Source of the DNA: Octopus sinensis
Lineage: Eukaryota
Length of the DNA stretch: 64,000 bases
Direction: 5' to 3'
Assembly (NCBI RefSeq): GCF_006345805.1
Contig: NC_043022.1
Location: forward strand, 24,800,001 to 24,864,000
Both the position numbers and the translations under genes were made by a program. The notes beneath the pieces are model-generated. The model did not search any database. It was not told the origin of the DNA and was given only the letters and a program-made list of their open reading frames with translations. Every line of letters starts with the position of its first letter. The stretch's first letter is position 1. This document shows positions 1-12,515 of this stretch, one piece after another.

Positions 1-372
1 ACCAGCACGGGGGCCAGGCAAGGCTAGCAATGGCCACGATTGGATGGTGCTTTTTACATGCCACTGGCACAAGAGCCAGACGAGGCTGGCAACGGCCACG
101 ATCGGATGGTGCTTTTTACGTGCCACCAGCACGGGGGCCAGGCAAGGCTGGCAACGGCCACGATTGGATGGTACTTTTTACGTGCCACTGGCATGGGGGC
201 CAGGTGAGGCTGGCAACAGCCACGATCGGATGGTGCTTTTTACGTGTCACCGGCACAGAGGCCCGTCGGAGTGGCGCTGGCAACGGCCACATTCAGATGG
301 TTCGCTTACGTGCCACCAGCACTGGTATCACAGCTACAATATCCATTGATGTTGATCGATTTCAATTTCAAT
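1..372 (-). mobile_element. SINE-like repeat family F3 with internal ~63-bp tandem subunits
   Basis: About five copies of GGCAACGGCCACGATCGGATGGTGCTTTTTACGTGCCACC; the same family recurs at ~9620-9870, 14860-15210, 24250-24695, 31350-31785 and 39205-39665, with a (GAT)n tail in complete copies. Confidence 0.8.
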
Positions 373-775
373 TATATATATATATAAACTAGAGTCACAC
401 AAAGCAGTGTTGAGTAAAATATGTGCATGTACAATGATATTTCATATGTTCATGTATACTTAGACATAAGAAGGCATAGTCACTTACAAGGCTCTGATTG
501 GTCCAGGGCTATAGAAGAAGAAACTTGACCAAGGTGCCACGCAGTGGAACTGAACCTGAAACAAAGTGTTTGGGAATCAAACTCCTCAACAACACATGTA
601 TGTATGTAGCATAACTGCTGCTGATGAATCTAAAGCTTTACATTGTGTATTGTTATTCTGTCTACTTCAAGTGAAGTGATATGTTTGCCATAATTCTTCA
701 TATATAAATTATATACATATACACATATCTATATATACATATATATATTTATATATATATATATAATATATACAC

Positions 776-808
<33 letters not shown>

Positions 809-1668
809 TATACATATATATACATATATATATATACATATATATATATACAATATATATATATACCTATTATTACATATATATATATACATATATATAT
901 AATATATATACTATATATACATACATAATATATATACATATATATATACATATATGTATTTACATATATAACATATATATAGTTATATTTATGTATAATA
1001 TTATATATATATATTATAATATATATATTAGTTATATGTATGTATGTATTATATATATATATATCATCATCATCATCATCATCATTTAGCGTCCGCTTTC
1101 CCTGCTAGCATGGGTTATATATATATATATATGTATGCATAAATATACACATCCATACATTTGTAATGTATATATTTATATATTCACGCGTACATACATA
1201 TATACACAGACATGAGTGCGCGTGAATGTATATGTGAAATTTTAAAAGATCATATTTCATAAAAATCTCAATTGGCTGTCGTTGGTTTATTGTAGCTTGT
1301 TGAAGTTACAAGTGTGTGATTTGTAACAAGATTATATCCCGTATAAAATATGTAAATATTTACCGTTGCAGACATCATAAGCTCAGCGGTGATATGTAAC
1401 TCTCACTTGTGATGAGAAGCAACAGAAATGGCAAATACACTGCAATAAAAAAAAATTTGGTTCAGCTTGAGAACCTGATATTGGTAGCATTAAATTTGTG
1501 TGTGTGTGTGAGTGTGTGTGTGTGTGTATGCGTGCTGTGTGTGTGTGTGTGAGTGAGTGTGTATGTGCGTGTGTATATATTTTATAGATGAGAGAGATGT
1601 TCTCCGTATAGAATACACTGTATATATATATATATATATATATGCATATATATAAATATATATATATA

Positions 1669-1702
<34 letters not shown>

Positions 1703-2104
1703 TATATATATATGCATATATATATATATATGCATGCATATATATATTTATATGCATATATATATATGCATATATATATATATCCTACGCATCTTCTCCC
1801 TTCACTGATACCCCCTCAATCCATTCCTCACCCCCACACATCACACCCCCAACATACCCCACCCCTACTACCCCCACATCCTCACTCAAAACCCACACCC
1901 CACCCTCACATCCCCCACCCCAACACTGCCACACCACCACCCCACACCACTCTGCACATGCCAGCACTGACCACTTCCCAGCACCCACATCATCATCCAC
2001 ACACCTACACATTACAGACGCACTCACTTACACATGCACACATCCACACGCCAAAGTCACCAGCCCCTATCCCTCTGTACATCTCATACTATAGACTACA
2101 TTTC

Positions 2105-2404
2105 AGAAATGTAGTCTATAGTATAAGATGTACTGAGGGACGATGCAGTAACAAGACAACGACGAACGTAGGGGAAACGACACGGAGCATAGGAGAGTGG
2201 GTAAATGAACATTGGAGAGAACTTAAAGAAGCAAAGAGCTCATCGATTTTGTATCAGCACGCCGAGCAGGAACATGGGGGATCAATCAACAACATATAGG
2301 TTAAAATCTTATCCACATATTGAACAGACGCAACAATTAGACAAATTACAGAAGCTACACACATAATAGAAGATAAATCTAGCCTGAATAGGAAACTGGA
2401 ATGG
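2105..2404 (+). pseudogene. Penelope-like element GIY-YIG endonuclease remnant
   Basis: [58 protein letters not shown] matches the PLE GIY-YIG pattern; in-frame stops present. Confidence 0.85.
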
Positions 2405-2787
2405 AACACTAGCACACACCCCCAACACACCACAACATATGACAGAATAAGATCCCCATAAACTGATAACAATATAAACAAAACAAAACACATAATGAAA
2501 TACACAGATAAACAAATGGAATTAAATAATTATATACATTAACAAAATTTTTAAAAAAATTAATTTAATTAAATACAAAAACAAAAAAAATATGTAGGTA
2601 TAAACACATGAACAAAATAAACAAAATTAAATTACACAAACGTGTATAAACAGGAGATACAAATATTACAGGCACTCTTCCCCCTACACACACACTAACT
2701 AAACATAGACATGCGCAAATAAAGACTCATACAAAATGGCTGATCGTTAGTAAGGAGAGACACACAAATAAGAAAGAAGAAAGCAAA

Positions 2788-2832
2788 GGACCACTGATGA
2801 GGTCACAGGAGTGTGATGAAAGAACTCTGGCC
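2788..2832 (+). ncRNA. Minimal type I hammerhead ribozyme motif in the Penelope 3' region (slightly degenerate)
   Basis: GGACCA-CTGATGA-G-GTCACA(GGAG)TGTGAT-GAAA-GAAC-TC-TGGCC: stem I, core, stem II closed by a G-U pair, minimal stem III, cleavage triplet CUC. Confidence 0.7.
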
Positions 2833-3153
2833 GAAATAAGATTAAGATTAATGTAAAAAATAAAGAACACTGAAGCAAATTAACACCAAATATAGAGGGC
2901 GTGTGTTCTTATTGGCTAAACTGGCAAAATGACCATTCCTAAATACAACAATATCTGTTTGAACACAAGATTTCACATCAAGAATCTTGCAAAACGACCA
3001 CCTGGAAGGTCTCCACGACGGTGGAGTTATGATTTCAGGAGAACGATTGGGATCACGTGGATGAGAGGAGGGGACAACGTGCTGTGACCAGCGGTGTCAC
3101 ATGGACGCCCGACGGACTGGTCGGTCAAGGTGATCAAGGTGATATATATATAT

Positions 3154-3211
<58 letters not shown>

Positions 3212-3313
3212 CATAGACTAGATTTGCACAAAGCAGTGTTGAATAAAATATGTACATGTACAATCACATTTGACACATTCTTTTATACTGTGATATTGGT
3301 AGACCTTTTGCAG

Positions 3314-3350
3314 TGGAAATAGAGTTTAGTGAAAAGTCTTGTCAGAGACA
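3314..3350 (+). CDS. Candidate 37-nt internal exon (x-EIEFSEKSCQR-x) of an unidentified gene
   Basis: CCTTTTGCAG| acceptor and |GTAAGT donor; open in phase 1 to phase 2. Confidence 0.4.
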
Positions 3351-3785
3351 GTAAGTGTAAAAACATACTGGGCTATGAATGATGTCATTAGTACTGATGA
3401 AAGTATGTATTTCTGCATCTTTATGCTTCATCAAGTATGACCGCTGAATTAGTCTTCCAAATCCCAGAAAGAACAGGGATTGTTATATATAAGTCCATCA
3501 TGTATAGGTGCAGATGAGGGCAGCTGCATCGAACTCTCTCATGCACCAAATGGCAATTGCTAAAAAGCATTCGTGAAGTAAAATCATGCAGCAACACCGA
3601 ATGGCGGTGCCCCAGCATGGCCACAGCTCGTGAGCTGAAACTTAATAAAATAAAATAAAATTAAATTAAAAAAAATATATTATATTAGCTGATGTGTGAA
3701 GATATTGGTCAACCTGAAATCAATTAACTAGAGTCCCTTGCAGCAGCGTTGGATAAAATACATGCTTGTACATTCATATTTAATA

Positions 3786-4055
3786 CTAGCAGTATCGCCC
3801 GACGTTGCGGTTTGCTTAGACCCTTTAGAATTGGAATTTTTGAAAAGTAAAAATTTGGCAGTATGTAGCTTGTTCTTCCTTTTAAGTGAAATACACCGAA
3901 AAATGGCAACACAGCAGTCAAAACATCGTAAAAAATAGGGATTTTCATAGAAAAAAGGCACCTTTTTGATGTAAATAATTTTTGGTGTTAACATGGTCCG
4001 ATTTGAACTTTTTCTTCTACAGAAGGAAGAGTTAGCCTTCTTCTATCATACTCTC
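3786..4055 (-). mobile_element. Non-autonomous Helitron, 3' part
   Basis: Minus strand ends with a degenerate CG-rich hairpin followed by GATACTG-CTAG|T, the same terminus as at 15830-15862. Confidence 0.6.
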
Positions 4056-4061
4056 ATATAC

Positions 4062-4397
4062 ATATATGTATATCACGTGATCACGTGTCCGACCAGACCA
4101 TCAGATGTTGTTACACATCGCTGGTCACAATGCGTTCGCATTGTTTTTTAGCCTTCAAATGACGCCACCCCGCTGGCTAAGCAAGCAGGCCAACAGAAGA
4201 AAGAGTGGGAGAAAGAGTGGTGAAAGAGTACAGCAGGGATCACCTCCCCTGCCAGAGCCTCGTGGAGCTTTTAGGTGTCTTCGCTCAATAAACACTCACA
4301 ATGCCCGGTCTGGGAATCAAAAGCGCGATCCGGAATCAAAACCGCGATCTGCGACCGCGAGTCCTCTGCCCTAACCACTAGGCCATTGAGCCTCCAC
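4062..4397 (-). mobile_element. tRNA(Arg)-like-headed SINE, tail type a
   Basis: Head GGAGGCTCAATGGCCTAGTGGTTAGGGCAG.. with A/B-box-like motifs; tail GGTCGGACACGTGATCACGTGATA. Confidence 0.8.
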
Positions 4398-4398
4398 A

Positions 4399-4449
<51 letters not shown>

Positions 4450-4780
4450 TCGTGACGTATTTTGCCATTCAATATGGCTAACCCCTAAGGGTGGATGCTA
4501 CTGTAGTTTTTAGCCCCAGGAGGACACCTCCTCCAGCTGGCCATAGACACACTATCTGTGTCCTGATTGTCACACGCTGACGAGAGGTCAATACCTCGAA
4601 ACTCGAGTCCGTGTGTATCATAAGTTGAAGACGGGAAGGATGACTTCCCTTTGCAAATACTGACAGGAACAGATAGTTGTCTATGGCCAGCTGGAGGAGT
4701 GTGTCCTCCTGGGGCTAAAAACTACAGTAGCATCCACCCTTAGGGGTTAGCCATATTGAAATGGCAAAAATACGTCACGA
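4450..4780. mobile_element. Foldback element with ~110-bp inverted arms enclosing a hammerhead ribozyme
   Basis: 4450-4558 is the near-perfect reverse complement of 4671-4780; a diverged partial copy lies at ~35365-35500. Confidence 0.85.
4571..4615 (+). ncRNA. Canonical type I hammerhead ribozyme
   Basis: CACACG-CTGACGA-GAGGT(CAAT)ACCTC-GAAA-CTCGAG-TC-CGTGTG: all core nucleotides present, 6-bp stem I, 5-bp stem II, palindromic stem III ACTCGAGT, GUC triplet, predicted cleavage after 4609. Confidence 0.93.
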
Positions 4781-4819
4781 TGTGTTATGCTACTGTATAT
4801 ACTCACTTTGATATTTATC

Positions 4820-4851
<32 letters not shown>

Positions 4852-4965
4852 CATAATATATATATATACATATATATATATACACATTATATATATATAA
4901 TATATATATATATACACATATATATATAATACATATATATATATATACATATAATATATATATAC

Positions 4966-4998
<33 letters not shown>

Positions 4999-5018
4999 CA
5001 TATATTATATATATACAT

Positions 5019-5068
<50 letters not shown>

Positions 5069-5129
5069 TTATATATATATATATATATATATTACATACA
5101 TACATATATATATGATGATATATATATAT

Positions 5130-5532
5130 ATATTATACGAAAAAAACCTCCAGGCTACATCCCGAAAATTCATATCTTTGCCGAATTTCTACAATGTTTA
5201 CGGCGATTCATTTTTACGTCTTGATTTTTTATTTTTCATGCAATTTACGCACGCTTGTACGCATGGTGAACACAGTTCATGTCAAACAGCTGACTGAGTA
5301 AAGCTCACTATTCAGTGCATGGGATAAGGCCTAAACAAACACATTATCGATTTTTGCACTTGCGAGATGAATTTCGGAACAGAAATAGCGCAGTTCAATT
5401 TTCATTCATCTAAACTTTAAGTGACCCATTTTTGGTGGTTCTACGATTTGTTGGCTAGGAGGAGATGTGCCGGGAAGTTAAACACACAGACACACACAGA
5501 CACACAAGTTGAGTTTTATATATATATATAGA
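5130..5532 (-). mobile_element. Probable Helitron 5' portion
   Basis: Minus strand begins A|TCTATATATATATAAAACTCAACTTGTGTGTCTGTG, typical of non-autonomous Helitron 5' ends. Confidence 0.45.
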
Positions 5533-6519
5533 TGTTTCTGTACACTTGCACATGGGAAGCCCTTTTGCTGCTGAAGCGGTCTTAGGCGAAGTGTTCTTAC
5601 TTTTGTTACTTTTGTTGGTGGTGTTGGTATTAATGTTAATTTTGTTGTTGTTGATGGTGTTGTTGTTCACATTCATGTTGGTGGAGATTTCTGTCTGCGG
5701 TAGTAGTGACAGTATTGTTGGTGCTGGTGGTAGCAGTGATGCTATTTGTGGTATTGTTGGTGTTGGTAGAGGCGGTTGTAGAGACGTTACTGGTGCTGAT
5801 GGAGGTAGTGGTAGAGATGTTATACTGATGTTGTTGATGTTGTTGATGCTGTTGTTTATGTTAGTTTTATTACTGTTGGTAGAAGCGGTTATGATGATGC
5901 TGTTTGGCAATGCGTCTTTCTATTTTCATGTCGTTAGAAAGATGGCACAAATTCTCAGCAACTTCAACACTGAAAGACGCCGCTCAAAGAATTCTGAAGA
6001 GGCAAAAATGAAAAACAAACGCAAGTAAAATAAAAACATGAGCGAAAAAAAAATATTTAAAAGAATATGAAGATATGATATAAATAAACACATAAAAAAA
6101 GATTAAAATGAAAATATAGGAGAAAAAAATTCTGTAAAAATTATAAAAAGGAATAAAATTGATGAAAATTTGTATTGTTTGAAGATTGGAAGTTATTGAA
6201 GATTGTGTTGAGAGGGAAAAAAAACATAAACCAAAAGATACAAATATTTCGACCGCAAACATGTATAACGATGATTGAATAGAACTTGCGTGTATGTGTG
6301 TAAGTGTGCATGTTTGTGAGTATGCATGTGTTTGAGTGTATACATGTACGTGTGTATATATATATATATATATATATCATGATGGTGTACATACATATAT
6401 ATATATATATAACATCTTCATGATATATGCACACGTTTATATACACACACATTACCCACATTTATATATATATGTACACACATGCACACACATATGCGTT
6501 TATGTTATATATATATATA

Positions 6520-6574
<55 letters not shown>

Positions 6575-6576
6575 GT

Positions 6577-6615
<39 letters not shown>

Positions 6616-6634
6616 GTATATATATATATATATC

Positions 6635-6665
<31 letters not shown>

Positions 6666-6726
6666 ATATATATATATATATATCTATATATATATATATA
6701 TATATATACTTATACATGTACATATG

Positions 6727-6783
<57 letters not shown>

Positions 6784-7462
6784 GTATGTATATATATACA
6801 TTCTTATATATGTACATATGTATATATATATATGTATGTATGTATGTATGTATATGTAAATATACATGCACACACTCACAGAGGCACACACATGAATACT
6901 AAACTGGAGAGAGGGAGAGGGAGAGAGAGAGTGAGGTGAAGACAGAGGGGAAGAAAGCATGGAGGCTGTGGAAAGAGAGAGAGAGAAATATTACAGTTGT
7001 AGTGGCAGAGGCAGGAGAGAGAGAGCGAGAGAGAGAGAGAGAGAGAGAGAGACGGGGGGGGGGGAAAGAGCTGGGCAGAGTGATAGAGAATGTGAAAAGA
7101 AGCAAAAAGAAAAACAAAAAAAACAAAAAAAAAACCCACACACAAAGAAAAGGAGGGAAAAATGAAATATAAATAATGATAAAATGATTAAAAAGAATAA
7201 AAAAAATAAACAGCATGAAAAAATAACAGATTGTTTAACTACAGTGACAGAGGAAGAGGGGGGAGTGACCATACAAAGATGAACAATGCTTATGTTGATG
7301 TGTGTGTGTGTGTATTTATATTATATATTCCTTATGCTGATGTGTGTGTGTGTGTATGTGTTATATGTTCCTTATGTTAATGTGTGTATGTGTTTATATT
7401 ATATGGCCTCTATGTTGACGTGTGTCTATTTATACAATACACTCTTATGTTGATGTATGCTC

Positions 7463-8290
7463 TTTTACTCTCTTTTACTTGTTTCAGTCATTTGACTGCG
7501 GCCATGCTGGAGCACCGCCTTTAGTCGAGCGAATCAACCGCGGGTCTTATTCTTTGTAAGCCCAGTACGTATTCTATCGGTTCTCTTTTTTTCCGAACCG
7601 CTAAGTTACGGGGATGTAAACATACCAACATCGGTTGTCAAGCGATGTTGGAGGGACAAACACAGACACATAAACACATATATATATACATATATACGAC
7701 GGGCTTCTTTCAGTTGCCAAGACTTATTCTTTGTAAGCCTAGTACTTATTCTATCGGTCTCTTTTGCCGAACTGCTATGTTACGGGGACGTAAACACACC
7801 GGCATCTGTCATCAAGCAATGCTAGGGGGTCAAACACAGACACACAATCATACACACACACATATATAAATATACATATATATGACGGGCTTCTTAGAGT
7901 TTCCGTCTGCCAAATCCACTCACAAGGCTTTGGTTGGCCTGAGGCTATAGCAGAAGATAAGGCAGCGAGCTGGTAGAAACGTTAGCAGGCCGGGCGAAAT
8001 GCATAGCCGTATTCCGTCTGTCGTTACATTCCGAGTTCAAATTCCGCCAAGGTTGACTTTGTCTTTCATCCTTTCGGTGTCGATAAATTAAGTACCAGCT
8101 AGGCACTGGGGTCGATGTAATCGACTTAATCCCTTTGTCTGTCCTTGTTTGTCCCCTCTGTGTTTAGCCCCTTGTGGGTAGTAAAGAAATATATAGTAGA
8201 AGATACTTGCCCAAGGTGCCACACAGTGGGACAGAACCTGGAATCATGTGGTTGGTAAGCAAGCTACTTACCACACAGCCACTCCTGTGC
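7463..8290 (-). mobile_element. Stack of F1 SINE copies with a nested F2 SINE
   Basis: TACTCTTTTACTTGTTTCAGTCATTTGACTGCGGCCATGCTGGAGCACC tail and GGCTATAGTAGAAGACACTTGCCCAAGGTGCCAC head; dozens of copies in the window. Confidence 0.85.
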
Positions 8291-8669
8291 CTGTATGTTT
8301 ATATTATATACACCTTACATTAATGTGTGTATGTGTATGTATATATAATGTGCTCCTTATGTTAAAGTACATGTGTTTATATTATGTTCCCTTTATGTTG
8401 TGTGTTTATATTACATAGAGCTTATGTTGATGCTTGTATATACTCTTTTACTTGTTTCAGTCATTTGACTGCGGCTATGCTGGAGCACTGCCTTTAGTCG
8501 AGCAAATTGACACCAGCCTAGTACTTGTTCTATTGGTCTCTTTTGCTGAACCGCTAAGTTAAAATTCAGTATCACTGCTTGATAGCATGAAACTGTTGTC
8601 TATCTTAAAAGTTGAGATAAAAAAAATTCAAAGAAAAAAAATCTCCCAAATTTTGCAGAGCTCAGATAT

Positions 8670-9303
8670 CATGTCAAACAATGTTGGATATTATGTTGTG
8701 TCTGGGGAGAGTCATATTCTCTTAATGCCCTATTATCTAACACACACTCACTGGCTTGATTTCCTCTCATTTATCATTTATATTTTTTCTTCCAAATTTT
8801 TTGTTGCTTTCGCAACCTTGTCAATGGATGCTGACTCCATTGACAAGGTTGCAAAGCAATGAAAATTTTGGAAGAAAAAATATAAATAATAAATGAGTGG
8901 AAATCAAACCAGTGAATGTGTTATATTATAAGGCATTAAGACAATATGATTCTGCGGAGGCACATGGCCTAGTGGTTAGAGCAGCGAACTCGGGATCGCG
9001 GGTTCGAATCTCAGCCCAGACGATGTGTGTGTTTATGAGCGAAACACCTAATCTCCACGCGGCTCCGGCAGAAGATAATGGCGAAACTTCTGCTGGCTCT
9101 TTCACCACAACTTTCTCTCACTCTTTCCTCCTGCATCTTGCAGCTCACCTGCGATAGACCGGCGTCCCGTCCAGGTGGGGAACCTATACGCCAAGAAACC
9201 GGGAAACCGGCCCTTATGAGCCAGACATGGCTCGAGAAGGAACAAACAACAAAAATTATGATTCTTCCCAGATACAACATAATATCTGATATTGTTTGAC
9301 ATG
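8670..9303. mobile_element. Foldback (MITE-like) element with ~160-bp arms, right arm interrupted by a SINE
   Basis: 8670-8828 pairs with 8836-8953 plus 9257-9303 around a 7-nt loop. Confidence 0.75.
8954..9256 (+). mobile_element. tRNA(Arg)-like-headed SINE, tail type c, with 9-bp TSD
   Basis: TSD TATGATTCT at 8945-8953 and 9257-9265. Confidence 0.85.
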
Positions 9304-10859
9304 GAAATTGAACCAGTGAGTGTGTTACAAGGCATTAAAACAATATGATTCTCCCCTGACACACAAATTCACATAAAGAATCTTGTAAACCAAATACAAA
9401 AGCTAAGTGCAATAAGCTCCAGCCAAGTTAGCAAGACACTGTAAGACTCTGTGTTCTGCTCTCTAAAAATTAAGATAGCTACTCAACTGCTCCACTTCAT
9501 TAAAGCATGCATTTCCTCCAAGCTATACAAGAAATCTGTAAATTCAGCTGTGAAGTGGCTAGAACTCAGAGTACACACCAACACACGATGTTACAAAACA
9601 TCAAAAAGAAACTATATAAATATGTTGCCAGCTTCGTCTGGTTCCCGTGCCGGTGGCACGTAAAAAGCACCATCCGATCGTAGCCATTTGCCAGCCTCGT
9701 CTGGCACATAAAAAGCACCCACTACACTAACGGAGTGGTTGGCGTTAGGAAGGGCATCCAGCTGTAGAAACACTGCCAGATCAGACTGGAGCCTGGTGCA
9801 GCCTTCTGGCTTCCCAGACTCCTGTTGAACCGTCCAACCTATGCCAGCATGGAAAGCGGATGTTAAACGATATCAGCCGGTACCAGAAATGAAAGAGGGT
9901 CTACTGCATGAACTGAAAAGCACCACCACACTACACAAAAGAGACAGATTCATGACACTCACCCAACAAGACTACCACTGAGTAAACTATGCCTGTAACA
10001 AACACTTCAACAATAAACTCAAGAAGATGAAACAGCAACAATAACAATCTCAGCATGGTAAGAATCAACAAAGATACCCAAAGAACATTGACAGGATCGT
10101 CATGTCAGAATGTGAACTACCAGAAGACTTTGACACCAGGGCACCGGGAAACACCACCAACAACATCAACAACGGCAACAAGTGGAGGTGCAATGGCCCA
10201 GTGATTAGGTCAGCGGACTTACAGTCGTAAGAACGTGGTTTTGATTTCCAGACCGGGCATTGTGAGTCTTTATTGAGCAAAAACACCTAAGCTCCACTAG
10301 GCTCCGGCGGCTGGTGGTGGTGAACCCCGCTGTACTCTTTCACCACACCTTCTCTCACTCTTTATTCCTACTTCTGTCACAAAGCAGAGGAACCATGGTG
10401 TAACCCACTATGGTGTGGTAAACTTTCAGACCCTAGTCTAGATTGCAAATCCTCTATACTCCAGGATATACCCATTAAAAGCCACCGTTTATGGAATGAG
10501 GATAACAATGAAGCTTTCGCGCCTGTGTAACCGACAGTCTATCGTGTGTGGTGGATGGATCTTCAAGTTGCCACACGCATTCTTAGTAGCTTAGAGTAGG
10601 CTCGAATTAGAGATTATTTTTTGTGGCTAATGGTGTGAGTCCTGATTGGAAGAAGAAGAAGAAGAAGAAGAAGAGAAGAAGAAGAAGAAGAAGAAGAAGA
10701 AGAAGAAGAAGAAGAAGAAGAAGAAGAAGAAGAAGAAGAAGAAGAAGAAGAAGAAGAAGAAGAAGAAGACAGCAGCAGCAGCAGCAACAACTACTATAAC
10801 AGTAGTAATACTTGTAGCATCCTAGACTCTCTCTTCTATGACCCCAACAACAAATTGTA

Positions 10860-11100
10860 TGACGTGATGAGGATCTACCCGACAGACCTACCATTCAACA
10901 AGAGGGTCTGTATCCCACCATGGACTGATAGTGAGACAGAGGCAAAGATGTCTTTTACCTAGAAATAAACTCTGACACATCTTAGCTCAGTGTAACAAAA
11001 CCATTAAAAAATATGAGGGGGAGACCCACTAACTCAGTTCACTTGTCATCAATGGCCTACAAAAATTGAAACAGCAAATGAGGAACAGGGAATTAGTGTG
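10860..11100 (+). pseudogene. Penelope-like ORF fragment (region preceding the RT)
   Basis: RIYPTDLPFNKRVCIP..ETEAK and NGLQKLKQQMRNRELVC resemble PLE pre-RT motifs; frameshifts and stops. Confidence 0.45.
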
Positions 11101-11122
11101 TGCATGTGTGTGTGTGTGTGTG

Positions 11123-11175
<53 letters not shown>

Positions 11176-11804
11176 TCTCTTTTTAATTTTGTGTTAATTT
11201 TAACCAACCATCTGCTCGGTAGCAAAGTTGTGAAGGAAAGCAGCTTGTTTTGTTCATCCTCCTTTAAATTTTAAAAAGGGTCTAGCACATTTCTATTGTC
11301 CCAGATATCCCAATCATTTGTCACACTCGAATTAAGAGTTGCATTCTCTCCCCCACAAACCCAAGTTTAGCCAGCTTGTTTAGGAGTTTCACCATCGTTA
11401 GTTGTACCACAGTCCTATAGAAGAAACAGGATGAGGTAGCTTGTCTACATCTTAGACATGAATGTTTTGGCTGACTATTGGGTGGTAATTTTCAGCTGTG
11501 GTGGTTTGGCTATTTGGGGGATGAGAAGAGTGATGACTCTTGACAGCCATGAAGGAACATTTAACATGCACTTGATACTCCTCTCAATGTGTCATATTAA
11601 ATCTCTCTGATAAAAGTTGAAATTTTTAAACCTATATCCTGTAATAAGATTTCCTGTTTCTGATTCGTTCAGGAGTGTTTCTCATACTTTGTTGATTTTG
11701 TAAAGTTTTTTGTTCAATATTCTTGTTGTATCTCTGTTCTAAATCATCATCTATCCATTCAACTTGTACAGACTCTTCTGGTCTCAAAGTTGGGAGGTGA
11801 ATAT

Positions 11805-12515
11805 AGTCTGCCACAAAGGCTTTTGACTCTCTTAAGAAGCATCTATGGAGCTGCCATGATTTTGCCTGCAACACAAAGATAAAGGTGTATGGGTCACAGA
11901 GCTTCCTCACCTCCTCTATGTCACAGAATGCATGGCCCTCTATCATAGACACATCGAGGCAAGGCCCTGATGCAAGTCCAACTCTGTCATCTGCACTCCA
12001 TCTTGCATATCAGATGGTAGAGTCAGTCTGCCACAAAGGCTTTTGACTCTTTTAAGAAGCATCTATGGATCTGCCATGATTTTGCCTGCAACAAAAAGAT
12101 AAAGGTGTAGGGATCACAGAGCTTCCTCACCTCCTCTATGTCACAGAATGCATGGCCCTCTATCATAGACACATCGAGGCAAGGCACTGATGCGAGTCCA
12201 ACTTTGTCATCTGCACTCCATCTTGCATATCAGATGGTAGGGTCACGTCCCTGACTCAGAGGTCATGCACCACATTGGCATGGTTGGTGTAGAGGCTATC
12301 GTTACCTCATCACACCTACACTGAGCAGGATGTATTTGCAGGATAAAGGGCAGCTGGCTCTCAAAGGCAGTTGTTTTTCTTCTGAACTGTGATAGGACAG
12401 GAAGAGCCACGGTAGCCAAAGGCTGCAATACAAGGATGTGCTGATGAGACATATGAAGAGCTCTAGCATCTTTCCATACACCTGGGAGGAGAAGGCCCAG
12501 GGTTATGATAAATGA
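11805..12515 (+). pseudogene. RTE-clade LINE ORF2 C-terminal remnant with an internal 220-bp tandem duplication
   Basis: SATKAFDSLKKHLWSCHDFACNTKIKVY..HSILHIRW..RKSHGSQRLQYKDVLMRHMKSSSIFPYTWEEKAQ; 11805-12020 is repeated at 12025-12241. Confidence 0.8.

Noticed and set aside
1-340. ~63-bp periodic repeats resembling a CRISPR array
   Set aside because: The whole unit repeats with no unique spacers; it is an internal part of a dispersed eukaryotic SINE-like family and no cas genes are present.
1362-1437. Minus-strand exon with a strong acceptor (T10ATTGCAG) and GTAAAT donor, including a possible UGA-selenocysteine reading
   Set aside because: Stops in all three frames, no SECIS seen, and no partner exons identified.
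4330-4397. tRNA genes at SINE heads (also 8954, 22114, 55000)
   Set aside because: No complete acceptor stem, and each continues into a SINE body with a TSD; these are tRNA-derived SINEs.
11632-11952. 106-aa minus-strand ORF that looks protein-like
   Set aside because: Its 5' half is the antisense of the RTE remnant; the remainder lacks convincing splice sites or a recognisable motif.
12441-12470. Other CTGATGA/CTGAAGA hits (e.g. 621, 3396, 5994, 12441, 15504, 23439, 41404)
   Set aside because: No stem II plus GAAA plus stem I complement follows; these are chance 7-mers.
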